Source of the DNA: a virus
Lineage: Duplodnaviria; Heunggongvirae; Uroviricota; Caudoviricetes
IMG/VR virus record: IMGVR_UViG_3300023203_000736
DNA length: 64,000 nucleotides
Reading direction: 5' to 3' (one strand)
Of the stretch, positions 53,853 through 63,220 are shown piece by piece (the first letter of the stretch is position 1; every line of letters starts with the position of its first letter). Under the pieces are notes generated by a model. It did no database searches. It was not told the origin of the DNA and saw nothing but the letters and a program-made list of their open reading frames with translations. Position numbers and translations under genes: made by a program.

Positions 53853-55663
53853 TAGGTCTGTTTCCCTTGATTGTTAGCGCCTCGGCCTCGCACGCGCCGG
53901 TGCTTGCTGTCGTGCAACGTGCGATCCCGCCCCAGTTTCTTTTCCTGCCGCGAGGCTTGGAGGTTCACCGATAGGTCCGGCACCCCGCGAGCGGCAGGAT
54001 CGCCGCCCGTTGAATTGTTTGACCCCTTGACGCTTGCCTGGGCCTGGGCCACGCGGGCAGCACGCTCGGCATGGTCCTTCTTGGCCTGGATATGCTCCGT
54101 CTCGCTGAACCCAAGGGCCATCGAGCCGGTCTTCTCGCCGCAAAGGCCCGCTTCAACCGCCTGGAGGATCGTTTGCGGATCGCTCGTCGTATAGGCCGAC
54201 TCGTCGATCTCACTGTTGATCTTGGCGATCGTTTCCACGCCGACCTTGCCGCCAAGAAGGGCTTGCATGATCGACTTGCTGATTTCGCGTTTGACTGTCT
54301 GACCGGGCACACTGCTCATCAGCTTCGAGAGCGACGTGGCCTCGTCGATACGATCTTTGTCCGTCTTGAGCGAGTAGCGGTCGGGGTATTTGATCGTGGC
54401 GATCCTGCGGCGAGCGATGATGCGCTCCTCGTAGGTCGCCCAGAACTCCGCAATCTTCCGCTCCGCGCTTTCCAGCACAAGGCCGATGTAGCTCAGCCCG
54501 GCCTCCAGGCCGCCGCTGTCAAGCGCCTGCACACCGGCAGGCATCTTGGAGCCGAGCGCCTCGACGCCCAAATTCACCAGTCGGGTGATTTCCTGAGCGA
54601 TCTCCTCGCGCAGGTCCATCGACGCCTTGAGCGGGTCGGGCGATGGATTGATGAACGCCGGGGCCTGGGCCTTGATGTCGTAGGCGCGGCCGCGCGTCGC
54701 CCCGATCGTGATCTCATTGTCGTGCGAGGTCTGGCCGCCGGCCGTGGCGGTTCCGTCCGGGTTGGCCGCTTGTTTCAAGTGGCTGCCCACGGCCCGAAGA
54801 TCGCGCTGTTCGATGTAGAAAGGGAAGTTTGCCTTCAAGGCGAAGTTCACGTCGCTCGACACTAGGTTCAGCAAAGCGATCTGGTGATTGCAGATGTCCT
54901 TGATGAGCGAGTCGCCCAAATCCAAGAGGACGAACGGAATGCGAGTCAACTCAAGCTCGATCGGGCCGCCAGGGTTCCCATCGCGGTCGATTGGGTCGCC
55001 TTCGGCCGAGTAGAATTGCAGGTTCACCAATCCGGTCTCCGGGCTGATCCAGAGCAACCGGAATCGCTGAGCCTGTTGGAGCGGCAACATCGTCGTCGGG
55101 TCGCAGTTCAAGCATGTGTCCCGCAGGAGCAACGATTGAAACTCGCTCGGCTCATCAGGTTTGGTGCAGGCCCAACTCAGAATGTCCTCGACCTGGTAAG
55201 GATAGAGGTACGGACGAGCGCTGCCCACATCGGCCAGCGTTTCGCCGGGAATCACTGAGTTGTCCACGAACACGCCCGCACGACCCATCACGAGCAGTTC
55301 CGTCAGGCACTTGATGCCGAGGAATGCGTTCATCGTGCTGCCGCGCCGATCGACGCCCTGATCGAGTCCGGCGATCGCCCGCTGATAGCTCGGGGTGCCG
55401 TCTCGCCTGGTGATGTCGTGCATCCGCTGAAAGATCGAATTGCGGATGCGATTGATGGCTGCCTTGGCGAAACTGGGAATCGGCGTGAGTCGTTTGCGGG
55501 CCTCGAAGTCCTGCATGTCCTCACGGCTCGTGAATCGCTCAAGGTACTTCTGCCGAAACTCTTCTCCACCTTGGTACGTCAGTCGCCATTTCTCCCAGTC
55601 GGTCCAATTGCTCAACCAGTTAGGATGGCGTGAATCTATGATCCTTGTCTGAGTAAGACTCAT
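53852..55663 (-). CDS. Putative portal protein.
   Basis: 603-aa ORF immediately downstream of the large terminase. Its size and position are typical for a portal. Confidence 0.55.
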   Translation of the reverse strand: MSLTQTRIIDSRHPNWLSNWTDWEKWRLTYQGGEEFRQKYLERFTSREDMQDFEARKRLTPIPSFAKAAINRIRNSIFQRMHDITRRDGTPSYQRAIAGLDQGVDRRGSTMNAFLGIKCLTELLVMGRAGVFVDNSVIPGETLADVGSARPYLYPYQVEDILSWACTKPDEPSEFQSLLLRDTCLNCDPTTMLPLQQAQRFRLLWISPETGLVNLQFYSAEGDPIDRDGNPGGPIELELTRIPFVLLDLGDSLIKDICNHQIALLNLVSSDVNFALKANFPFYIEQRDLRAVGSHLKQAANPDGTATAGGQTSHDNEITIGATRGRAYDIKAQAPAFINPSPDPLKASMDLREEIAQEITRLVNLGVEALGSKMPAGVQALDSGGLEAGLSYIGLVLESAERKIAEFWATYEERIIARRRIATIKYPDRYSLKTDKDRIDEATSLSKLMSSVPGQTVKREISKSIMQALLGGKVGVETIAKINSEIDESAYTTSDPQTILQAVEAGLCGEKTGSMALGFSETEHIQAKKDHAERAARVAQAQASVKGSNNSTGGDPAARGVPDLSVNLQASRQEKKLGRDRTLHDSKHRRVRGRGANNQGKQT

Positions 55664-55675
55664 GCAACACCCTTA

Positions 55676-57370
55676 CTAGAGAAATGCCTTTACGTCCTTG
55701 TTTGTGACCTGCATCGCCACCAGCGGCAGGGCCATTTCCGCGTAGCACCTGGCGTGAGCGAAGTGATCCGGCCCGGTTTCCTTGTACACGTAGATGGGAT
55801 TGCCGAACTCGTCGCGCTCGTAGGTGCCCACCAGGCTCTTCATGTGCTCGCGGTACTCCAGCGACACATCGGCCGGCAGAAGAATGCGGGGCGGATCGGT
55901 CTTGAATCGTCCCAGCGCAGCACTCAGCCAGTTCGAGCGATCGACCGTGATTACCGGGGCGTCATCGTCATCGTCGGAGATGGCGATCTCCTTAGCCGTG
56001 ACGCCGCGACGGTAACGACACAAGTAGACGTGACCTGGAAAGCGGCGGGCAAAGCGGCGGGCTTCCAGAATCCAAGGATCGGCGTCAATGACGCATGTGA
56101 GAACTTGCCACTCCCGCATCAGCCGGTTGAGTTCCGAATCAAACTGATCCCGCCAAAACTTCCCTTCACAGAGGACTTTCGCCTGGGCGCTGGCATTAAG
56201 ATCGAGGCTGTATTCGTCGAAGAACCACTCGCAGACTTCGTAGTGGCTCCAATCGCCCACGTCCACGCCCATCGTGATGATTCGCTCGCCGCCCACGACG
56301 GGCCGTGGATCGTTCTTCGTGTGCGACCGAACGGAACGGTCGATCATGTCGTCGGTAACTTGCGCCCCGTCGCTGACAAACGGCAAGCCAAGTTGCGAGT
56401 TATGGAACTCCTTGTTGGCCAATTCGTCGCCGAAGCCACGGAAGTAACAGACGACCAACTCGCCCGGCGTCTTGGTGAACGAATAGAGTTGCGAGATATG
56501 GAAGCCCCGGTGATCGGGATTGCCATTGAGGTTCGTCGAGACCCATGTGGCATTCCTGAGAAACTCGGGTTTCGCCTTGTGCTCCAGCCGCGCGCCGCAG
56601 AGATGGCACTTGAGGAATGATTCTGCACAGCGAGAGTCAGTGACGCTCTCGCCGATGATCTCAATGTTGTCCGGCCACGACAAGAAGATATGCCGCGAAC
56701 AGCTTGGGCACGGGAACACGAAATGCTCCTGCGTGCTCGTCTTGTAGAGTTTGTGAATGCCGTGGTTGTGGACGGTCGGCGTGGAAATGCCCCAGACGTG
56801 CTTCTCGATGTGACCGTCGAGACGGGTCAGGGCGAGCCAGATGGCCTTCTGGTCCATCTCATCCACTTCGTCGAGGATGAGTTCGGAGACGGGGACCGAC
56901 TTGAGGTTGCTGTCGCCGCGCGATCCGCTGATGTAGAGACAGTTCGTTCCGGCCTGCTTGAGATCGACGGAATTGATGTCCGTGAAGATCGACTTGAGAT
57001 AAGGACTCAAGGCGAGCGCCGGCCCGAAGCGCCCCTTGCTGAACTTGCTGGCGTTCTTCGTTGTCGGCAGGACGTACATTACGTCCCGCTTGAGTTTGTC
57101 GATCGTGTACAAAGCGCGGTTGATGGCAACTTCCGTCACGCCCAACTGTGCGCCTTTCATGGCCCAGTTGAACGGTGCCCACGAATTGTGCATCTCCTTG
57201 ACCCACGGATGGTACACGTCCGAATAAGGTCCAGGGAAGTCACCGCCCATGATGCGACGATGGGCAGCCCATCTGTAGCACGTCGTTAGATTGCGGTCCT
57301 TGAGAAAGTCGTATACCCACGCCGGCAGTTCATTCTGAAGCTCGCTCATTGCTGACCATGTACTCGGCAC
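55676..57370 (-). CDS. Terminase large subunit (GpA-like).
   Basis: Walker B is SELILDEVDE. ATPase and nuclease domains are spread across 564 aa. It sits at the head of the structural operon. Confidence 0.8.
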   Translation of the reverse strand: MPSTWSAMSELQNELPAWVYDFLKDRNLTTCYRWAAHRRIMGGDFPGPYSDVYHPWVKEMHNSWAPFNWAMKGAQLGVTEVAINRALYTIDKLKRDVMYVLPTTKNASKFSKGRFGPALALSPYLKSIFTDINSVDLKQAGTNCLYISGSRGDSNLKSVPVSELILDEVDEMDQKAIWLALTRLDGHIEKHVWGISTPTVHNHGIHKLYKTSTQEHFVFPCPSCSRHIFLSWPDNIEIIGESVTDSRCAESFLKCHLCGARLEHKAKPEFLRNATWVSTNLNGNPDHRGFHISQLYSFTKTPGELVVCYFRGFGDELANKEFHNSQLGLPFVSDGAQVTDDMIDRSVRSHTKNDPRPVVGGERIITMGVDVGDWSHYEVCEWFFDEYSLDLNASAQAKVLCEGKFWRDQFDSELNRLMREWQVLTCVIDADPWILEARRFARRFPGHVYLCRYRRGVTAKEIAISDDDDDAPVITVDRSNWLSAALGRFKTDPPRILLPADVSLEYREHMKSLVGTYERDEFGNPIYVYKETGPDHFAHARCYAEMALPLVAMQVTNKDVKAFL

Positions 57371-57755
57371 TCAGCGGTTGGTCGCCTGGCCGCTCCTCCT
57401 GTACCGCTTCTTGCTCGACCGCTCTCACGCTCGTGCGGTCATTTTCATCGGGGAACAATCGCTGCGGTTCAGATTGAACTTCATTCGTGGCCTCGATCTT
57501 CTTGAGAACTTCTTGAAGTCTCGCCACGAGACCACTGATGGATTCGATAGGCGCGCCAGGCATCCCGAAGTCGCAGTAGCCCTCGATCATGCCCACGAAC
57601 GAGTGTGCGCCGATGAGCACTTGGCCCCAGAGGCGAGGCCCCTCAGTTTCCGACGAAAGCTGGAAAACCTTCTGCGGTGGCTGGGGAGCAACAGATGTCA
57701 TGGGAGCAGCCTCCTCGGGACAGTTCCGGCACTTTCGCTTGTTGCGTACTGCCAT
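57330..57755 (-). CDS. Hypothetical protein, possibly the small terminase subunit.
   Basis: Overlaps the large terminase start by 41 nt. Assigned by position only. Confidence 0.35.
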   Translation of the reverse strand: MAVRNKRKCRNCPEEAAPMTSVAPQPPQKVFQLSSETEGPRLWGQVLIGAHSFVGMIEGYCDFGMPGAPIESISGLVARLQEVLKKIEATNEVQSEPQRLFPDENDRTSVRAVEQEAVQEERPGDQPLSAEYMVSNERASE

Positions 57756-57835
57756 GTGGGTCTCCTTTTCGCTTCATGGACCCACGGCATCATGCAGTGA
57801 GTCGATGAAGCGGCCCTCTTGTGAGGGCCGCCTGG

Positions 57836-58162
57836 TCATTGGCGCGTCTGATTGAGTGAGCGTAGCGTGCTGAGCGCGAAACTGAGATTACTCGTTCGCA
57901 CCACCACGTTGCCGTCATCCATGACGATGTAAGTAGGCAAAACACTCATTCCGTACCAAGATGCGAGTTCACGCTGCGTGTCCACGTCGATTTCCGTGAC
58001 CGGAAACTCTTTGGCGACTTCGGCCAACAGCGGCTTATCGCGTTGACAGGGCTGGCACCAAGTCGCGTGAACAGCGACGAGAGAGGGGCCAGGCAGAGGC
58101 GATGCGTGGTCGCTGCACCCTGTCAGCATGAGAAGAGCAATCAGTGCGGCAACGTATCGCAT
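57836..58162 (-). CDS. Thioredoxin-like lipoprotein.
   Basis: Signal peptide with lipobox LMLTGC. The CxxC active site is ATWCQPCQ. Confidence 0.65.
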   Translation of the reverse strand: MRYVAALIALLMLTGCSDHASPLPGPSLVAVHATWCQPCQRDKPLLAEVAKEFPVTEIDVDTQRELASWYGMSVLPTYIVMDDGNVVVRTSNLSFALSTLRSLNQTRQ

Positions 58163-58566
58163 CAGACGGCCTGGGCGACCTTCGCGGCGTCCTCGACGGC
58201 CTTAGTCACTTCGGCCAGCTTCGCGGCGATATAGGCGCGGCCTTCCTCGCTCTTGAGCTTCGCTTCGAGCACATTGCGGAACACGGTCTCGACTTCGGCC
58301 AGCACGGGTTCCTCGCCCCCGAGGAACAGTTCCGCGATGGTCTGAATCTTGCGGGCCATCCCGGAGTAGTCACCGACCGAATAGTCGATCAGAAACTCGG
58401 GGGTCTTACGCAGGCCGACCGCCTGGAGCTTCGCGGCCAGCTTGGCTGCCGCGCGCCGGCGGTTCTCGATCTCGGTGTCCTTGGTGAACAGCCACTTCCC
58501 GATGAAGTAGCCCAGCAAGGGCACGCAAACGCAAAGGGCAATGGTAGCAGGGGTCAAAACGAACAT
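58162..58566 (-). CDS. Membrane protein (N-terminal TM helix).
   Basis: MFVLTPATIALCVCVPLLGYFIGKWLF... Confidence 0.4.
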   Translation of the reverse strand: MFVLTPATIALCVCVPLLGYFIGKWLFTKDTEIENRRRAAAKLAAKLQAVGLRKTPEFLIDYSVGDYSGMARKIQTIAELFLGGEEPVLAEVETVFRNVLEAKLKSEEGRAYIAAKLAEVTKAVEDAAKVAQAV

Positions 58567-58605
58567 CTTTCTTTCCTTCTTTCGTGGTTTGTGGTGAAAC
58601 GGACT

Positions 58606-59256
58606 CTACACCTTGCGGCCGTGATACACGTCCGAGAAGTGCTTGGCGGCACCGACGCCCAGACCGACAGCGGCCAGCACGCCCAGCAGAACCCACGTCA
58701 CGTCGCGTTTCGGGACCGGCGGGGGCGTCACAGGCGGCAGGGGTTGCGGGGGCGGATCGACGTGAGGTGGCTGAGGCTGGGGCTGCGGGCAACAATTCCG
58801 CCGCCTAAAGCACTCGGCAGATGTCGCCTTGCCGTTCAATCCCCTGGCCAAGGCATCGGCGGTCATCGGCACGCCCGCGCCGGAGTATTCCGCCACAGGG
58901 TCATTCTCGCCGACCGCCTGCAAACGAACGCACGGAAGCGCCGACATCGTGCTCGCGTAGCGATCGCGGTACATCGCGGTGTCACTGTAGATCACGTTGA
59001 AATGAGTCTGATTCTTGATGCCGACAAGCGTTTCGTTGGTGTCGAACCAATTCACCATCGCGCGGAACTTTGGATCGTTCCTATCGCCGAACAACGTCAG
59101 GTATGGCGTCTCTTGATCCTGCGGGAGCGATACGACCTTCTCTTCGGCGTAGCGCACTCCGTAGGCGGCATCGGCTTTCATCACAGGGTCGCCGGCCCAC
59201 GCCGGCGCACAACACGCGGCCACCAGCAGGGCGACCGCCAACAGGTAGCGGATCAT
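58606..59256 (-). CDS. Secreted protein with a Pro-rich linker and C-terminal TM anchor.
   Basis: Signal MIRYLLAVALLVAACCAPAWA. Linker is PQPQPQPPHVDPPPQPLPPVTPPPVP. TM segment is WVLLGVLAAVGLGVGAA. Confidence 0.45.
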   Translation of the reverse strand: MIRYLLAVALLVAACCAPAWAGDPVMKADAAYGVRYAEEKVVSLPQDQETPYLTLFGDRNDPKFRAMVNWFDTNETLVGIKNQTHFNVIYSDTAMYRDRYASTMSALPCVRLQAVGENDPVAEYSGAGVPMTADALARGLNGKATSAECFRRRNCCPQPQPQPPHVDPPPQPLPPVTPPPVPKRDVTWVLLGVLAAVGLGVGAAKHFSDVYHGRKV

Positions 59257-59268
59257 CTTTCTCTCCTT

Positions 59269-59841
59269 CTAGGGCAGGGGCGGGGCCGGGTTGTACACGG
59301 GCGTAACCGCCCAGCCGTTGGAGTTCTGCCATTCGCTCACGAAGGTGTCACGGGGAACCCACGTGATTGTGTCAGTGTCGTTGTTGTCCAGGATGCCCGC
59401 CCATTCGTTGTCGAAATGGACCAAGGCAACCATGTGCCTGCCGCCCATGACGGTCACGCCGCACCCGCGGCGCGTCGAGCAGGCCCAGTCCAGAAAACCG
59501 ACATCACCGTTGGTGACGTAGGCATACCGCAGTCCCTCGCGGTTGAACTTCGCGGCAAGGTCTTCTGGCCATTCGCCATTGCCGTAGTTTCGCCGCCAGT
59601 AGTCCGCTGTGTTGTAGCGGCCCTGCCAGCGGAGAAGGCTAATCATGGTCGCGTGGACGCAAGAGCCTTCGTTCCGATTCCCAATCCAATTCGGTTGTCG
59701 AAGCGAGACAGGCAGGTTGACGGTCGGATACTCAGTCTCGGCGGCCGGGGTTCTCCCCATATCTGGCTCGCCCAAGTCGATCACGACCTCGCAACCTGTC
59801 AGCACCAGCGAAAGAAAGGCAACTGCCAGGAGTCTTTTCAT
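59269..59841 (-). CDS. Lipoprotein with a papain-like Cys/His peptidase signature (candidate cell-wall hydrolase).
   Basis: Start MKRLLAVAFLSLVLTGC (lipobox). EGSCVHATMI is the nucleophile Cys. GGRHMVALVHFD is the His. Confidence 0.45.
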   Translation of the reverse strand: MKRLLAVAFLSLVLTGCEVVIDLGEPDMGRTPAAETEYPTVNLPVSLRQPNWIGNRNEGSCVHATMISLLRWQGRYNTADYWRRNYGNGEWPEDLAAKFNREGLRYAYVTNGDVGFLDWACSTRRGCGVTVMGGRHMVALVHFDNEWAGILDNNDTDTITWVPRDTFVSEWQNSNGWAVTPVYNPAPPLP

Positions 59842-60443
59842 TTCATTCTCCAAGGTTTGAGCAGAATGCCTCGCCTGCGTTCCGTTCGCACGAAGCGATT
59901 GGGATTCCACCGACTCACGTTGTCCGTCCGAAAGATGCCGATGGCCGTGTGAGCCGCGCAGCACCATTCCGAACAGAAGATTTTGGTCAAGTCCTGCTCT
60001 CGAAACAGCGACTCGATCCAAGAGAGGCCCACACCGGCCGACCGGAATGCACCCATCTCGTCGTAAGGCGTATGGATCGTCCCGGCCAGAAACTCGGTGA
60101 GGCGTTGCCGCTCGTTGTCATAGAGCGACCGATACAAGGGGTAATGCCACGCCTTGCCTCGATAGACCTTGACAACGGCGTCGAGACTATGAGCCTGCGT
60201 CCCGAAGAATGGCTTGCCAGTGATCTCACAAGGAAGACCATCGAGGGTCGTAGACTCGAACAGAAGAAGTCGGCCGTCCGTGGCCTCGCCCATGATTCCC
60301 ACGTGGCTGATGCCCCAACGTGGAACTCCGTAGGTGGCGATGTTGATGAGGTCGCTGGTGAGACAATCACCGCTGAATCCGATGATGTCGCCCGGCTGAA
60401 TCTCACGCGCGTCCCTTGGTTGAAGTCTGGACATGGCTTTCAC
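59838..60443 (-). CDS. Permuted papain-fold peptidase of the YiiX/YaeF type (candidate endolysin).
   Basis: GDIIGFSGD ... ISHVGIM ... CSEWC follows the YiiX-family His-then-Cys order. Confidence 0.55.
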   Translation of the reverse strand: MKAMSRLQPRDAREIQPGDIIGFSGDCLTSDLINIATYGVPRWGISHVGIMGEATDGRLLLFESTTLDGLPCEITGKPFFGTQAHSLDAVVKVYRGKAWHYPLYRSLYDNERQRLTEFLAGTIHTPYDEMGAFRSAGVGLSWIESLFREQDLTKIFCSEWCCAAHTAIGIFRTDNVSRWNPNRFVRTERRRGILLKPWRMK

Positions 60444-60606
60444 TCCGAGTCAAGGGGCTGGATTGGCGCTGCGGCCAGCTTGTGGACTTCACGCGCTGCG
60501 ATTTGCCGTCGTAGCGCTGCTGGTCCAGCGAATAGCAGACCTCGCAGCGGGTTTCGTCGAGCAACTCGATTCGATTACCGCAGGCGCACCATCGAGGCAG
60601 CAACAC
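60403..60606 (-). CDS. Small CxxC...CxxC protein.
   Basis: CACGNRIELLDETRCEVC. It overlaps the upstream gene end, so this is a low-confidence call. Confidence 0.25.
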   Translation of the reverse strand: MLLPRWCACGNRIELLDETRCEVCYSLDQQRYDGKSQRVKSTSWPQRQSSPLTRSESHVQTSTKGRA

Positions 60607-60794
60607 GGAACCTCATCTCTGTGTGGGAAGGCTGCCGCAGAGTGCGCCGGCGCTTGCGCGCCTCGCGTGCGGCAGCAGTGAGACCCTGGCGGCGATCGTC
60701 CGGCCAGGGAACCGCACGGCGTTTGCAACCGAACGTGCGGGGAGGAAACGCTTCAAGAAGCGTCGGGCCGTGGATGCGATCCACGGCGGGGTGA

Positions 60795-61340
60795 TTACGA
60801 AGCGGGCAGTCTCAGAAGTTCGCTGCCCCGCGCGGCCTTGACCGTGGGAAACAACCGATCGGCGATTCGGTCAATGATCTCCTCGGAGCCTTCAATGCCT
60901 CGAAGCTCCTCGACCACGATCTCGCATATCGACTGCACGAGACGATAGACGGCTTCCTTTGGAAGCAGTTCGCCCGTGCTCTGCTCCAAGGCAAGGCACT
61001 CCTTCGTGAGCTTGGCCAGCGTCATCAGCAGATTGTTGACGGACGCACAGCAGCTAAGCAACGACGGGTCATTGTTGACCTGCCTCTCGATCATCATGTA
61101 CGCCAGGTCGCGCGCTTCGCGCAACTGCTTGACGCCATCGTGGCCCAAGAGTTCCGCCAGCCGACGCCGGTTATTGACATCGGCCAGTTGCATCAGTCGC
61201 TTGCTCTCGGCCTCCTCTGTGCTCTTGCCGCCGTGGGCAAGGCAGAACTCGGAGCCGTACTCAGCCTCCCGCCAGCACTGTTCGTGGGGGTAGCTGAACT
61301 TGCACCGACGCGGATCGGCCGGGTCCGAGACGAGTTTCAT
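60795..61340 (-). CDS. Hypothetical protein.
   Basis: Start MKLVSDPADPRR at 61340, which lies 22 nt downstream of motif P3. Confidence 0.4.
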   Translation of the reverse strand: MKLVSDPADPRRCKFSYPHEQCWREAEYGSEFCLAHGGKSTEEAESKRLMQLADVNNRRRLAELLGHDGVKQLREARDLAYMMIERQVNNDPSLLSCCASVNNLLMTLAKLTKECLALEQSTGELLPKEAVYRLVQSICEIVVEELRGIEGSEEIIDRIADRLFPTVKAARGSELLRLPAS

Positions 61341-61362
61341 TGGGAGACCGTTCCTTTCTACC

Positions 61363-61398
61363 AATACAGTAGCCTAAAAACGTCGATTTCCTCAACGA
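61363..61398 (-). promoter_or_regulatory. Promoter-like motif P3 (third copy of P1/P2).
   Basis: Minus strand: TCGTTGAGGAAATCGACGTTTTTAGGCTACTGTATT. It has the same 22-nt spacing to the start codon as P1. Confidence 0.4.
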
Positions 61399-61590
61399 CT
61401 TCGCCGAATTTCCCGGCTTTTCACCGTTTTCGATGGGATTTTCAATTCATCGCGTCAATTCGCACCGCAAGTCGTTGTTTTCGTCGCGTCAGACAGAAAA
61501 TCAACCCGAGAAGTGAACGGTTCTTGTCGCGGCATTCGTCATCCAAAGGAGGCACTTCATCTCAGAGGCACTCAATCCCGGAGATCGGCA

Positions 61591-61830
61591 ATGCGGCAGT
61601 ACGTCATCCTCTACAAGCGGGGAGCCGGCAAGGAATTCACCCGGCTCAATCCCAAAGATCACGCCAACCTCATCGACCATGAAGAGGTCCGCGAGGCCGT
61701 CGAACTGATGCGGCAGCAGCCATTCCTTGAAGCAGCCTGCGTCCGCCTCAATGACGAGTTGTTCAACATCGTGTCCTTCACGCAGGAAGCGATTGCCCCG
61801 AACGCCTTCCAGTTCGTGGAGCAGGCGTGA
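61591..61830 (+). CDS. Hypothetical small protein.
   Basis: Start MRQYVILYKRGAGKEF. Confidence 0.35.
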   Translation: MRQYVILYKRGAGKEFTRLNPKDHANLIDHEEVREAVELMRQQPFLEAACVRLNDELFNIVSFTQEAIAPNAFQFVEQA

Positions 61831-62147
61831 CTGCGGACCTGGAACCCTTGACCAGCCTGATTCGAGTCTTCCCTGACGGCGGCCGGTACGGCGATCCGTA
61901 CACATTCTGTGCTACCTTGCGGCACTTGGATCGGAAGACTGTCGAAATCGTCGGCGCTTTACGGGCACCGACGCCCGGCGAATGGCGAGCGATTCGCACA
62001 GCGCTGGCCGGTGCCGGAATCACCGAGGCCACGTTCGTGCGGATCAAAGATGGCGTCAAGTCCCACCACCATATCGCATTGGCAGGAAACAAGAGTCGAT
62101 CAAGCCAAGAAGGCAATCGACGAAGTCTTCGCGGAACCAGACATTGA
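61827..62147 (+). CDS. Hypothetical protein (GTG start). A second frame to 62220 has the more protein-like C-terminus.
   Basis: The GTG overlaps the upstream TGA. The alternative frame ends ...EEMLDRLQALRAYIEELMSAIE. Confidence 0.3.
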   Translation: MTADLEPLTSLIRVFPDGGRYGDPYTFCATLRHLDRKTVEIVGALRAPTPGEWRAIRTALAGAGITEATFVRIKDGVKSHHHIALAGNKSRSSQEGNRRSLRGTRH

Positions 62148-62256
62148 CGAAGAGGAAATGCTTGACCGCCTGCAAGCCCTACGAGCGTACATCGAAGAAC
62201 TGATGAGCGCAATAGAATAGCCGCTGGCCTCCCTGCCGACGGCTATTCTCACGGAA

Positions 62257-62610
62257 CTACTTGCCCGCCAACTGGCGCTGCTTGAGATCGCTCCGCACCT
62301 GACGAACGTCGGTGCGATGAAGTCTCTTGGCAATCTTTTTCGCAACATCCCATGTAATCCCACCTTCCACGTATGGCACTTCCTTCCCCGAGTTCCGTCG
62401 CGTATCCGTTTCCGAATCCGCTTCCGTGGCTGCCACCTTGGCACGGCGGGAGACCTTGGAGGCCCGGCCCTTTCTGGCCTTGGCCCTGGTGGTGGCCGTG
62501 GATTTGGTTGTGGCTGCTGGCTGCCCGACAACGGCTCTGAGTTCCTCGACCGTTTCACAACGGCATTCCATGCCTCCAATCGTAAAGTAGTACATGCGTT
62601 CTCCTTTCAA
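62257..62610 (-). CDS. Hypothetical basic protein.
   Basis: 117-aa ORF starting MKGERMYYFTIGGMECRCETVEELR. Confidence 0.4.
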   Translation of the reverse strand: MKGERMYYFTIGGMECRCETVEELRAVVGQPAATTKSTATTRAKARKGRASKVSRRAKVAATEADSETDTRRNSGKEVPYVEGGITWDVAKKIAKRLHRTDVRQVRSDLKQRQLAGK

Positions 62611-62667
62611 GGGTGTTAAGTAGGATTGAAACTGCTCACTCTAACGATGACCTTTCCAGGAGTCAAC

Positions 62668-63138
62668 ATGCCCGAGAAGCCAAAGCTCAAAGCACGAATC
62701 ATCCCGGTATTTCGAGTCCACTATCAGGATTTGGAGCAATACATTCAACGGGTATTCGGCTTCGAGTTCGATTTCCTGTTTGCCACCGGGTTTGTCAACG
62801 GCATGTGCCCGGAATACCAGATCACAGGCATGATCCCGTCAGCAATGGCTCAGCAAGCGAAAGACTTGCGGGCAGGCCGGCGGACCAAGAACCTAGCTCT
62901 GATCGTCAACGTACTGGCGGCGGACAACTACATTCCGGCCGGAAAGTACATCATCGACACACATCAGCGGCCGAATCCGACCGAAGCGTACCGCAGTCTC
63001 CTGCTGAGCACACGTGATCCGCTGGCACCGGAATGCCTGCGATTCAAGGACAAGCACAAGGATGATCTTCAACTGATGGACCGCGTGAAGGTGCTCGACC
63101 AGGCAGCCACAGAACAACTCAAGCGTGCGCGGCATTAA
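62668..63138 (+). CDS. Hypothetical protein.
   Basis: Start MPEKPKLKARIIPVFRVHYQDLEQYIQRVFGFEF. Confidence 0.4.
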   Translation: MPEKPKLKARIIPVFRVHYQDLEQYIQRVFGFEFDFLFATGFVNGMCPEYQITGMIPSAMAQQAKDLRAGRRTKNLALIVNVLAADNYIPAGKYIIDTHQRPNPTEAYRSLLLSTRDPLAPECLRFKDKHKDDLQLMDRVKVLDQAATEQLKRARH

Positions 63139-63220
63139 CTCACGGGGCGGTAGTCCAACACCTGAGACGGCCCGACAAGGGATGCAATGTGCCGGTGGAA
63201 GCCCGGCCCGCCCCACTTCT

